64,000 nucleotides of DNA from Psilocybe cubensis (Eukaryota): contig CM038998.1 of NCBI GenBank assembly GCA_017499595.2, forward strand, positions 1,426,001 to 1,490,000, in the 5' to 3' direction. Below, piece after piece: positions 39,792-51,380 of the stretch. Both the position numbers and the translations under genes were made by a program. Positions within the stretch are counted from its first letter, which is position 1. Every line of letters starts with the position of its first letter. A model generated the notes under the pieces. The model was not told where the DNA came from and did no database searches. It saw nothing but the letters and a program-made list of their open reading frames with translations.

Positions 39792-40379
39792 TCACATACG
39801 GGCAGGCGCGGGTGACATGGCTGTCGTCGTACCCATCGAGGACTTGCGCACAGTTACAAGGTCTCGGAATTTGCTCAGAGGCTTTGCAAAGTGTGTGGCA
39901 AGGGCCTTTCCCTGTCAGAGACTCGGTGTCGACTCGTGTTCGTCACGAGAAATGTATGAACGCAGGGTGCGAACCTTTGTCTGCAGTTCTTCCCACTCGA
40001 CTGCATCTGTCGCGTTCAAGGCGATCAACATCAGTGGTTGATGTTCTTCTGAGAAAACGGGTTCGGGCCCTTCGGTAAACTCGTCCACTGGAAGAACAAT
40101 GATTCTGCCGAGCTGTGCGACAAAGGATGATTAGGGTTGAAATGGATGCGGAGGAAAGGTCCTGACCTCGCTGTCGACCATGCCATATCCTTGTTCTCTG
40201 GTCTCCTGCCACACCTCTCCACACAAACCGACGATGATTCGGATTTCGTCCTTTGGGCGCGAGGGCTCGCTTGCAAAAGAGACAAGCTCGCCTGCGGGTG
40301 TGAGAAGAACGGCGGTGTGCAGATGAGGCGGAGACAGGACCTGTGCGAGCAGGGCGTGCAGTGTGGATAGCATCAACAT
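39792..40379 (-). CDS. Roadblock/LC7-fold protein, LAMTOR2-like (3 exons)
   Basis: MLMLSTLHALLAQVL...TAVLLTPAGELVSFA...IIVGLCGEVW...MVDSE/LGRIIVL...LMLIALNAT...LQTK/GKALATHFAKPL matches the LAMTOR2 pattern (L..VL.Q, LL..EG.LL, G.L.AKA.AL..YL.EPL). Confidence 0.65.
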
Positions 40380-40563
40380 TTCTGTGAGTTTGAACAGGGC
40401 ACCACTTGCACCGCGCCATAACCATTCCATGAATAGCCTAAAAAGTTTTCCATATCACGTGCAACCCCTAATAGCCACGTGGCAAAACAGATCTAGAGTC
40501 CATGGTGAATAGGTATACATTGTCGTGTTACAATTATGCATTAAGTATAATATTAAAGATCAA

Positions 40564-42965
40564 TCATACAACAACCTCCTCTATCCGAGAGGCTGTCCGT
40601 TTTTCACCTGCTATTGCTGTCCGATAACTATCCAGCTTATTCACGTCCAGCACCGCAACCTGTCGACACTCGAGCGCCATTGCGATCCGGTTCACCCCAT
40701 CATATTCCTGCCAGTCGATCTCAAATATACCCGGTTTTTCGAACCCAGCGAACCATGACCATATTCGAGCATATGTCTGTGACGCATTAGGCAACGCACG
40801 GAAATTAACATGGTTAACACGTACCCTTGTTTGGTACAAATGCAGCCATCCGTCTCCACTCCCAGTGGCAAAGAATTTTCCGTCAGGGCTAAAGGTTAGT
40901 GCGTATAATGGTGCTCTATGATCCTTGAACACATGTAAGCATTCCCCTGTCACTGAATCCCACAGCCGGGCAGTGCAGTCAAAGGATGACCTGATAACAA
41001 AAATTTAGTTGTCTCTTCGTATCAAACTCTTGGGTTTCTTACGTGGCAAGAAGTTCATTCGTCCCTGCCGGATGATCGACACACCAACCCACAGTACTGA
41101 CGGAATGCGTGTGGCCTTTTAGGGAAACACCATGATCCGATGCGGATAAACCAGGAATGGAATCAGCGGCCTCGTCAATATTATCCACTCTCCATATATG
41201 GGCTGTCCCATCGTCAGAACAGGATGCTAATCTGGTCCCAGCAGGATTAACTCTAATCTGGTTGATCTCATCTTTGTGCCCACTGAAGAAACCGTTAGAT
41301 ATCAAGTCATAATTCGACCAATTGGATACATACACTAATGTTTTGATCGGCTCATCCTCGTCAACGCGCATTACAAAAATACGCATGTCCGCGCCGGCGC
41401 TTGCAAATGTGTCTTCACTAAGCCACTCAATATCCAAACAACAATCTATAAAATATGTTAGAATCAACCGTTCATATACATAAAGAAGAGAACGAAGACA
41501 GACAGCCACCTTTGTGACATCGATACTGTCTGTGCAAGCGCTTTTCTTTCACATCCCATAGGCACGTGGTTCCGTCAAGACTCGCAGTCAATAACCACGA
41601 GCCATCTTTGGAAAACCGTGTTGAAAAGATCGGGCCCTTCTCATTACAAGACGCGATTATTCAGATACAGTCAAGGATTATGTGGTGAGATATCCTACCT
41701 GGTGCTGAGGATGCGAGAAGTATACCGAACCAGAATCGGTACATACACGAAGAATTGAATCATATGAACCGATGGCAAGTAGTGTTCCTTCTCGATTCCA
41801 ATGCAGTGAAGTAAGGTCTCCCTGTACAGCTCTTGACACATTATCCAAAACAAGAGGTTCCCCTGGACTCTCAGCATACTCGCCAGGAGTAGTAGGTGGG
41901 TCTGGAAGGTCCCATAGATTGACAACGGCGTCTTTCGATCTGAGATAGATTAAATCAGAAAAAACATAAAGGCTATTGTTCACCGATTACTACTGACCCT
42001 GAAGCCAGCAAATTGTGCATTTTGGGATTGAAGGCACATACGAATACCTATCTTTGCGTCAGTAAAATTTTCAGTAAGATCATGAAACATAAATACCTCT
42101 GTCTGATGTCCGGGAAGTAACAACATAACGCGAGGATCTGTTTTGTTATCACCAGGGCCTTGTGCGCGTGTTTCCATCCTCGTAGACGCCCGGTTGGTTT
42201 CAATTTTAAGACTAAGATCTTGTGAAGTTGATGCGGCAGCTAAAAAGCCAACAATAAGCTTAATTTCCGATGCGCATTGATACAAAGGCACAGACATTCG
42301 GAGCGTTCGTCAATGTCCATGTCGGTAGAGGCACGCCTTGCACGTTTCTCTACAGGTCCCTCACTCGGTATTGGTGATGTTTTCCGTTTCGTATTGATAT
42401 CGGGGGCAGATGGAAGTGATCGTGGTGGGCTAATTCTATGAGAGGTATGATTGGGCGCTTTTGTATCATTAGTCTGGGGACCGTTTCTGGATGGTACATC
42501 CTTCGGCTGTGAGGTGGCGTACGGACGTGATGTGTTGGCCAATGACGAAGTAATGCCGTGTGTGGATATTGAATCAGATTCACCAATATCCATCTGATTA
42601 TCCTGAAGAGAGTCGTGTGTTTCCTGAGGCGCGTCCAGAGAGCATATATGGTGGTCAATAAGGGAGAAATTGCTTTTGCAGTTAGTTGTGAGGGAATCAT
42701 TCCGCCAATGAGCCTCGACTTCAATATAAAGCAGAGCCTTGCTAAGAAGATCTACGAGCTGCCCGCGCGGAATGTGTTTTTGTGAAAAGGGCGAATTTTG
42801 CAAACGGCCTTCATTCCTAAGAGCGAAAGCAGAATGGTTGAAGCCTAAAATGAAATTAGAATTTGTATCAAAGAAGCAGAGAAAAGACTTGCCGCAGTCT
42901 TGAAAGTAGGAGTAGATGAGGCAGTTTACCTCTTCCGAGGTAATAACATTGGGGGGAGAAATCAT
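40564..42965 (-). CDS. SIF2: LisH + WD40 protein, Sif2/TBL1-like (Set3/NCoR-type complex subunit)
   Basis: N-terminal LisH ITSEEVNCLIYSYFQD/GFNHSAFAL...PRGQLVDLLSKALLY, and WD40 repeats (LLPGHQTE, GSYDSILR, GHKDEINQIR, LASCSDDGTAHIW, FATGSGDG). Confidence 0.85.
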
Positions 42966-43204
42966 GGTTGAACGCACAGAGCGTGCGCTTTGTATGATAT
43001 CGGCGTCCAAGTTTGAAGTGCGAAAGTGACAGGGTCACAGGCGTGATAACTCGTTTGTTTGCAAATGCTTGGCAAGGGACTCAAAGGAGCTGCTGATCAA
43101 TTCCCTGCACCGAGTCCTCAAGTGACATAAGCCACTCGGTCCAGATATGAGTGGACTCTTGCCGATGGAGGTGAAGCCTCCAGCTTCTTCTGCTGGTCCA
43201 AGAC

Positions 43205-45770
43205 ATGGCAGACCAAGATGATACTCGCGAATCCTACAGAAGAGCTAATCCTTCCCGCGGGGAGCCCGCTTCTCTTCAGGATGTCTTGTCTGGTTAGTCT
43301 TCCGTATTGCCTTCTTTACACCCACTCGTTGAACTAGTTTCTAGCTCTCTTCGCTCTGCAGCCCCAAAATGCTTCTCACGTATCTATCGACGCCGGGGGA
43401 AACACACGTTTGAGAGTGTCTGAACTAACGCTACGAGACATGGCACGACTACTAAGCTCAAGGCCAGTTACAACCGCTGATCAACGATCGGCCTCCGCAC
43501 GCGCTCACCATTCCATGGTCGCCGACGACGACGATGATGATGATGAATACATCCCCATTGACGATGATGACGACGACGAAGATACATATAATCGGCCAGC
43601 CAGAAGGCGAGGACGCCCGTTCTTTCCCCCAGTCACAGAACCAAAGAAAGAAGGTTTGGAATTGTTGGCTAGTGGTGACTTTGGGAGGGTCGGGGTAAAG
43701 AGCCGCGGCAGGAGAAATAGAGCCAATATTGCAAGAACTATATTAGGAAGGGGCTCTCATCCAATTCCTTTGTTCAATCGAGAGGACATTCTTAATGTGC
43801 GTCCCCATTCTGTTTATAATCCTGTTACTCAGCCAATCTATTTTTGTAATTTGCTCAGAAATTCGTACCCAACACCAATGGAACGACAGTTGCAATTTAT
43901 GATGCAAACATGTATACTGCACAGTTTTCAGATGGTTTGTATGCGTGCACTCCCCTTACTGTCAAGCTCATACATTGCTTCAGATTCATCTTTTTATTAC
44001 ACATGCTCTCAAGGCCAGAACCAAAGTATCTATTTTCTTAGCGGTACCTTATGTGCTTTCCAACAGATTTTAAACTTCATATCTTTGACATGAGGGCTCC
44101 CCCACTCACACATTCAACTCCTGGACCATCCAGCCGAAGCATGAGTGACAGTGGTCTCACCACTCGAATGCCTTTGAGGAAGGTCATCCAAGGCCACCCA
44201 GGTCGGTGGACCATTACCGATGCAAACCTTTCTCCAGATAACGAACGGTGCATATTTTACTCCTCGTCGCATATTGTAACAGTTCTGATCACAAGTCCTG
44301 CATCAGCATTGTGTACTCGTCCATAGTAGGTGCTTCATTCACATTCGCATGGCCAAGTTCCACTGATGTATTTCTAGACACCGACAGTTTACATGACCAG
44401 TACCTCACCTGATGGAAACAATTCACAAATTCCTATTCCGTTTGCTGACCACCCTAGTGGTAGGGGACATTATCATTCTAGTTTCGGAATATGGAGTTGC
44501 AGGTTTTCAGCTGATGGGAATGAAATCGTGGCTGGAGGAGATGGAAAGCTATTCGGTCAGGCGCCTTGCAACACCTTTTCTATCTTTAACTCACATACGG
44601 GATCAATAGTTTATGATCTTTTGGCCAACAAAAGGACGGTCAAGATACAGGCTCACGAAGATGATGTGAACAGTTGCTGCTGGGCAGATACAGCATCTGG
44701 CAACGTTCTTGTAAGTGCATCTGATGACACTTATATCAAAGTCTGGTATGTATCGATTTGATTTCTCGTGTGGTCCGTCGTAATTGAACCTTTGAAAGGG
44801 ATCGTCGGTCATTGGGCTCATCTCGCAAACCATCTGGTGTTCTCGTTGGACATACTGAGGGAATTACCTATGTATCGGCGAAAGGCGATGGGAGATATAT
44901 TGTCTCCAATGGCAAGGATCAGGCTGCCCGTCTATGGGACCTGAGAAAAATGCGATCTAGCGCCGAGTTTGACGAAATACGACTCGATCGCAGGTACTAT
45001 GGTATTCCTGAATTCGATTACAGGTAATTCCATTCCTTGTGTCAGATGCGGGAAGCGGGCGTTGATATGTTATTTTGTAGATATCCGTACTATCCTGAAC
45101 CGAATTATCCGGCCCATCCTAAGGACTGTAGTGTTATGACCTTCCGTGGTCACAGTGTACTACGGACGCTTATTAGATGTCACTTCAGTCCTGCAGAGTC
45201 TACTGGATCTCAGTACATCTATTCTGGCTCAGCGAATGGGCTAATACATGTAAGGCATCTCTTCGCTTCAACCACCGTGGTTTGGATCATCATGTCGTCT
45301 CCGCATATTTAGATCTGGTCTCTTGATGGACGGATAGTTCAGGTTCTGAACCGTTCACGCACTTTGCCAGCATCATTTTCACCTTCAGGAAGGGAACCAG
45401 AATCCACAAGAGGTATGCAAAGCAGTTGTGTTCGCGATGTCAGTTGGCATTCACAGGCGAGTCTATTATTATTTTTCTTGACGCACTTCCCTCATGACGA
45501 TGGGCCATTTAACAGGAACCGGTTATCATGAGCGCTGGATGGGAGAACGCCCGGGGTGGTACTGTCATCGCTCGGCACGAGTATAAAGGGTTATCAAAGA
45601 TGCCAGGGGCTTTGGAAGACTGGGTAGAAAAGAATCGCCTAGAGACAGAAGAAACGGAAAATAGACCTAGGAGATCAGGCCGCCTCGCCCAGCAACGAGG
45701 TCTCATGCCTGGAACTTTTCATCATGATGAAGACGAGGAGGAAGACGAAGATGATTTCGATTTTTTCTGA
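43205..45770 (+). CDS. DCAF11: DDB1-CUL4-associated factor 11 / WDR23 (LEC14B-like WD40)
   Basis: GRWTITDANLSPDN, FGIWSCRFSADGNEIVAG, AHEDDVNSCCWAD, VGHTEGITYVSAKGDGRYIVSNGKDQAARLWDLRKM and MTFRGHSVLRTLIRCHFSP...QYIYSGS. Confidence 0.92.
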
Positions 45771-48156
45771 GCTTCCTTATTCCAGAGTATCAATGCCCTG
45801 TGGCTCTGGAAATGATGGGAGTTGTGTGAGTATCTATAGGATTGAAGCATGTCGTATATAAATGTGTGTGCATCTAATGTATAGTAGATGGTCTTATGGG
45901 GATATTCATTTGCCCAAGCCACGAGGGGCCGAGGTGTCTTCACCGTGGAAAATGACATCCTAATGATGAAATCGTGGTTCACGGCTTTCAGAGCATCTTT
46001 GAAGGGCTTGGGTGCCCAAGAAGAGTTGGGAAGTGCGAGAAACGAAGGATATTTTGTGGGTCAGGAGCATTGGTAGCTCGAGATTAACCCCTGAATGGCT
46101 GTTTTATAATTTGTCGGTCTCTTGACCTGAGCTAGACTTCGGCTCCAGTGGCATGTTTCCGTTCCTCACTTGTGTTAAATATCGTTGACGAAGTCGCCAC
46201 ACATGGCACCGATTAAATATGCCGTCAAATCAAGACAACCTGAGCTTGCCACATCCCTTGGCTGACATTATTGTCATGCATACCTAACACAACTCCAACA
46301 GCTCAGATACACGTACTTCGCCGAATATTTAATGCTCGCTCCCACCCTATTTTGGTCAAATGTTGGTAGCATTCATATCCACAGTCAGCGTTTCAACTCT
46401 GTTTGTACCGTTATCAATATCGTCTCCCGATTCACTAACAATGTGTATTCCTGTTATCATGTCCACCGTCTTTAGTGAGCAAACTATCATTTTTGCTCAC
46501 CAACGATGGCCACTTCCGGGACTATCTATTGCGTGCGCAGTGCCATCGGACATCTTTCATGTGATGAAATCACTTGTTGGGCACCACGCCATTCCCGTTT
46601 TGCCTTTAGCAGAGTAAATCGAAGCACTGGGAATCTCGTCTATTCGTATTCCAAAGTTCGCAAGTAAAAATACCCTGTGTGAGGAATTCTTAAACCGGAT
46701 ATTGGTGCACAGGTGTTGCGAATCGCAGTTGATTGGACTATGGGAGCCGGTTGGCTTCGCCCGCCCAAAAACCCATTGCACAACTGCATATGCAGGGTTT
46801 TAGAGTCCCCATGGAGGCTTTAGAAAACTAGAAATTTAGCCACAGCACAGTAAGAGCAACTCCTGTTTGATAAGTTCGTCATGCCTTCTCCGATCATCTA
46901 AGCGTTTGAATGTAGTTGAATGTCTATGCGCTGTTTCAAAAGAGCCTCTTATCGCCGAAAGAGGTGGTAAGCATCCATCTAAATCAGAATACAGAGCATA
47001 TACTTTCTGTATTTTGAATCAAGGTAGACCATCCACAATGGGTTAAATTTTTCATGTTATTTCTTGAAAAAGGGCCGTCAACAAGAAAAGATACCTGTCG
47101 ATCAGAATGGTCATTTCGAGATTGGAGTTGGTCATATGTGATAGGGCTTGGACTGCAGCCAGCTCCGCCTTGAGTCCCAAAGCCGGTATCGATGGAATGA
47201 ATTCACAATGAACCACGAGTACCTGTGAAAGCAGGCAAAAATTGCTTGCTTCTATGAGAAATCGGGGTGAATATGTACCGGAAAATGGGACTCGCGATGG
47301 CTGACAGAAAGGTTCAATAAATTTTGTCATTCAAAAATGTAAGGCTCAGCTAGAAATTCGCTATAAGTGCATCGTATTAATCGGAAACAACAGTGCAAAC
47401 AGACATCATGCATGTCGCTGTTCTGGTGGACGTGGGTGCCCGGATCCAGCATGAAAGGTGGGTCCAAAAGGCGACGGCTGAGCATTTTAACGGTGCGTTG
47501 AACAGCAACTGATGACTCGTGATATCAGGATATGCAAATGTAATTATGTACAGGATGGGTCTGGCTGTTGGCAACTGGGCAGGGCCTGTGGCTACATGAG
47601 GACAGCAACGCGGGCGCAGTTCTTTGGCAATAATACATCGAGAACGTGGATTAAGAAGGTAGGCAGCATTAAACTTACGACAGCCTGCCGCAAAAGGCTG
47701 CGAAAACGGGCCCAACTGACTCGGAAGGGGATTGGTGAGTGGCGTTGCGGTGCTTTCCATGGCCTTCTGAACTGATTACCCTGATATAGCATTTGCCAGG
47801 ACCAGTGTCAGACGTTTCCGGTTCTGCGATTGTCTTGCGATCTGAAAGAAAAGATGCTTCACGTTTCGGCGAAAGCTTAGCGCCCCGGTCGTCATTGCCG
47901 CAGTCCATAGTATTGGCTGACCCAAGTATGGCCATCAACGGCGTGGCGTACCTGATCTCCCTTTGTCTATTCGCCATATAATTAACTTGCCAGTATAACA
48001 CATGTCCCTTGTGGCTGGGCATAGGAACTCTGGAGAACTATCTGGCTCCAGCGTACGTGATGCAGTTAAAAGGCCCCTACAGTCGCCATTCTCGCCTTCT
48101 TCCTTTCCCTCCCATACACTTCTCTCACTCTCCCCATCACCCATTTCTGGAGAGAT

Positions 48157-49137
48157 ATGGCAAGCTATCAAGGAAACGCCAACCCCCTATTTTCTCCATA
48201 CCCTGCAGGTTCAGTGTACCTTGAGTCCGCCAATGTGCCGACAAATTTTTCCTACCAGTGCACATCTGGAGAATCAAGTTCCTCCGCGCTCACACGAAAT
48301 CAACTCGCTTCATCTTCGCAGACTTACTTGCCCAGTGATCTTCCAGAGCTATATTATGACCAGGGCTGGCCTTCTCCTCCCTCAGCCACTTCTTTGAACA
48401 TGGTCTCAACTCCATCGCCAGACTGGCCGATGTCATGGGAGCCGTCTGAACCTAAATTCAAGGCTAATGAGCCACTTTATCTACCTTCGTCATGGCAAAC
48501 ATCGTTCGCTGGCCCAAACCTCGCCTCGCGCCCCACAATAGCCCCGATTGATACCAATTGCAGTTGGAAGCATTATCACCACAAAACCACCGAGTCACCC
48601 AATGTCATGTTGGACTCGTTTGACGATTACACCTCAACGCACCAAATTTCGTCATCATCTTACCCACACACATCTGTCGACAACAAGTTGATCACAGATT
48701 TTGGACATTCTGCATCATCATTATTTTCTTCTCCCCTGTCTGAAAATATGTCAACTCCGGCTCTTCCAGAACCGTTGCCAATATCTCCATCATCTTGTCC
48801 ACCTACTACGGGCCAGCCTCCATTGAAACTTCATCAACCTCGGCCTTCTCGTCGAATTCCCATTATTTCTCTGTCAGATTTAGCTTCCGCGTGTGACACA
48901 CTTCCTACGCATTCAAAGGAGCCGAAATCCAATGCGCCGGAAAGGAAGAATCCAACTAGTCGTCCTTCTATGTCAACATTCGCAGGTCCAATGTATTCAT
49001 CCAGTAATCATTCTTCTACACGTTCTTTCCCTGTCAGTATCGACACAGGAGATTACAGGTCGACATTGCAAGTGGGAAGTACCATTATGTGCTCTTGCGG
49101 TTGCGGTCAAAGCACGACATCATATCCATTCCATTAA
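48157..49137 (+). CDS. Hypothetical intronless S/P-rich 326-aa protein with a C-terminal CSCGC motif
   Basis: Long ATG-initiated ORF after a pyrimidine-rich leader. It contains KLHQPRPSRRIPIISL and MCSCGCG. No family recognised. Confidence 0.65.
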   Translation: MASYQGNANPLFSPYPAGSVYLESANVPTNFSYQCTSGESSSSALTRNQLASSSQTYLPSDLPELYYDQGWPSPPSATSLNMVSTPSPDWPMSWEPSEPKFKANEPLYLPSSWQTSFAGPNLASRPTIAPIDTNCSWKHYHHKTTESPNVMLDSFDDYTSTHQISSSSYPHTSVDNKLITDFGHSASSLFSSPLSENMSTPALPEPLPISPSSCPPTTGQPPLKLHQPRPSRRIPIISLSDLASACDTLPTHSKEPKSNAPERKNPTSRPSMSTFAGPMYSSSNHSSTRSFPVSIDTGDYRSTLQVGSTIMCSCGCGQSTTSYPFH

Positions 49138-49661
49138 CTTTGAAACCCTCTATTGACTTCAATTATTTTCGCCCATTTGTACAAACATCATACACATTAT
49201 CATCGTTATTACTACTGCATGAGAGAGACCGACGTTTACAGTACATTACAGAATAGAAGGATACATTACAAATCGAATCATTCATAAATAACGAAAAAGG
49301 ACATGCTTGGTATCCAAAATTGGTATATCGCCGGCATTTGGAAATAGAAGATAGAAAATGAAAGGTATCGCAATCCATTAACTGTACAGGGTTGGAGGCG
49401 CTGGAATATATGGTGTTTCAAAGTTACGAAGCGGAGGGAAACTAACTTGGCCGAACAACGACAAAACTTCGCCGGTCGGGATAAAAACATTGATATGAGG
49501 AAGGCCATACGAAGGCGGGGGGTGTCATTGCGTGCGATTGAGACTCATGTGTTCATAAACCTTTGCGCACTTGACGTTGGCTATGTTTGTCAGATTAAAT
49601 AGTAAAAAACTCACCTTCCAAGAACAGGTGCATTACCAACCTCAATGCTGTTGGTATGTCA

Positions 49662-51099
49662 TCAGACATGATATGGGCCACCAGATGTTCCATGATAATG
49701 GCCCGATGCTATATCAAGGGCATTGTTCCTGTCGAGATTATCATGAATAGCATCTAATTCAAAGGCATCGATGGCGCTACTCTGGCAGATATCGAGATCA
49801 TCAGAAAGCCATTTATGTAGCTCAGGACAGTCCGAAGCAGAATCAACAAGCAGTGTTTTCGTTGATTTAGAACCCATTCTCCAAGATCGAGAACGCAGTG
49901 ACTGCACCGACATGGGAAGCATATGGTCAAAAAAAGCTTGCGCCTTTTCGTTCATGAAGCTGTGGTATGTCCCAACAGATTCGTATAGAACCATGGGTAT
50001 ATTGTTGTCGATTAGATTGTAAAGCTCAGTTCTCTCCGCCTCAGTAAGTAGGCCATGATCAATCGCAGTTATAGAATCCATTTCGATGGCGCTCGATTCA
50101 GTTTCCAAGAAAGGCTGCTGCAAAGCAGGTACAGGGAGCTCGGAATATCCAGAAACAAATTCGTCGTCAGGTAAAGTCAAGAAGTCCGACATGTCGACAG
50201 TATCTTCTTCCTTCTCATCGGAGGTGTCGCAAGAAACAGAAAGTCCAGGACAAGGCATAGACGATTCCCAGTCGGTCTCAGTTCCAGAAGAAGAGTTAAA
50301 AGGGCCAGCTTCATTTTCAGAAGAAACGCCACACAAAGCAGGAATGAAAAAATCCGGTTCGGTTTTGATAGCGACTGGGGGTATTTCCGGAGATTGCTCC
50401 AATTTTACTCGAAGTTTTCTTTCCTGGGCTTTGACTTGTCTCTTCGGTACCTTTGGTCGACCCCTCGCGGAAGGTGCGACTTTGCTCAGGAAAGGTCTTT
50501 TAGGTGGTGCGTTACAGGAAGGGCTGACTTCTTTATCTATATCGGCAGACTACACTGGGGTTATCGTGTTAGGTGAAAGAGAACTTTAGTCAACTTACTT
50601 TAGATGCTGCTTGAAGTTGTGCCTGGGCTGCTTTCGCCGCGCGCCCTCGAATGAGATTGGTGTGTTTGTCCTCCTTTGCAACACGTAGACCTGCGACTTC
50701 GTTTAGCCAAAGAACATATATTTGGCGTGCGAGAGATACGCCTTTACCTCTTGAGTGAAAATAGTCATATATGTGCCTTCGGTCGACCGAGTAACGCTCT
50801 TGAAAATCTTTCCTTACGGCAAACGTTGGCATTTTTGCACCAGGAACGATGTGAGCTTCCATTTCAGCAACAAGATCTGGCCCAAGACGTATAGCAAGAC
50901 GTTGTGGATTGACTCGACGAGTCTTAGGGCGACCATCTTCGGTGAGATCCCACAGCATCCCATCATCATAGCTATCCTCTACAGAGTCGCGGATGCGCTT
51001 TCGCGAGTTTTTCGAGTCAGGTGTATATAAAAGCCCCGAATCAGATGGACATTCGGAAGTAACACCTTCATCGTCTCGGGAGCTTGAAGGTGTCGCCAT
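49662..51099 (-). CDS. Atypical homeodomain-like putative transcription factor with an acidic C-terminus (3 exons)
   Basis: RRVNPQRLAIRLGPDLVAEMEAHIVPGAKMPTFAVRKDFQERYSVDRRHIYDYFHSR/GLR shows homeodomain helix spacing. Introns at about 50747-50693 and about 50598-50552 link it to ORF 49662-50402. Confidence 0.65.
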
Positions 51100-51380
51100 A
51101 GGTATTGGCGAAATGTCGGCACTGGGACAACACTGAGTGACAAAAAATCAAGGCACAAACGTAACCGCATTAGGAAGTAAGAGACGAACGCGTCATTATG
51201 GAAAATACATGCACGTGACTGTGCACCAGCGCTTCGTTGACAATGGTTCGTCTGCAGTACGACAAAATTTAGATATGACGGTACCAAACACAGTAATCTT
51301 CTATGTTTGCGTTATCACTAGGGATATATCCGATACATTGACAAACATTATTCATTCTGTCCTAGTTGAGTTGTGTATTC

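Noticed and set aside
43523-43580. GAC/GAT trinucleotide repeats
   Set aside because: These are ordinary poly-Asp coding tracts in DCAF11.
48157-51099. Possible HD1/HD2 mating-type locus
   Set aside because: The two genes are convergent rather than divergent, only one has a homeodomain-like segment, and no MIP or beta-flanking gene is present.
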